This document shows, piece by piece, positions 36,902 through 37,226 of a DNA stretch of 37,226 nt. The notes below the pieces were generated by a model. That model was not told where the DNA came from, made no database searches, and saw only the letters and a program-made list of their open reading frames with translations. Position 1 is the stretch's first letter, and each line of letters starts with the position of its first letter. Made by a program: the position numbers and the translations under genes. Source of the DNA: Octopus bimaculoides. Its lineage: Eukaryota. The DNA lies in NCBI RefSeq assembly GCF_001194135.2, contig NC_068993.1, forward strand, positions 52,409,030-52,446,255. Reading direction: 5' to 3'.

Positions 36902-37226
36902 ACTAGCAGCTAAGCCCGGTTTCACCCGGTCAGAGAGCGACGCGAAGAGAGAAACGAAGACATTAAAAAGAGGAAGAAGTGGATACGAAGTGGTGTTTGG
37001 GCGACGGATCTTGGTAGAAAAAAAAAGAATGTCATGGTGAGTTAGTAAGGAGAGCAAAGCAAGACTGGGGACTTACGTGGGCTGACAGGACGATGAAAAA
37101 ATTGCGGAGTTGAAATTGGAGCAGTTGAAGTTGCCGTTGTTATCATTAGAGTGCCTCTTGGTAGACAACATTCTTTGTCCTTTCCTCAGGTGCACAAATA
37201 GAAAGACCCTGGAGACAGCCAACATA
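36902..37226 (+). mobile_element. Possible Helitron-like element end, CpG-rich; extent uncertain
   Basis: ACTAGCAGCTAAGCCCGGTTTCACCCGG is an ACTAG terminus with an adjacent CCGG/CCGG hairpin, followed by an abrupt rise in GC and CpG content. Confidence 0.4.

Overview
Very AT-rich, repeat-dense eukaryotic DNA with 8 assembly gaps, about half of them at (TA)n tracts. The SINE and RTE-LINE families and microsatellite load point to an octopod cephalopod genome (inference, not database-checked). No intact protein-coding gene can be supported, and most listed ORFs are microsatellite or gap artefacts. Recognisable content: a broken hAT (Buster/SPIN/GTF2IRD2-like) transposase with one terminus (10.8-12.5 kb); a young RTE LINE 3' end (17.0-17.7 kb) plus older RTE, CR1/L2-group and possibly L1-like relics; three or four tRNA-derived SINE families; MITEs; two degenerate minisatellites; and some low-confidence candidate exons. 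The most striking feature is a 91-bp near-perfect inverted repeat at 7594-7780. Each arm folds into a minimal type I hammerhead ribozyme with a CCGAUGA core variant, consistent with a Penelope-like pseudo-LTR sitting in a TA microsatellite.
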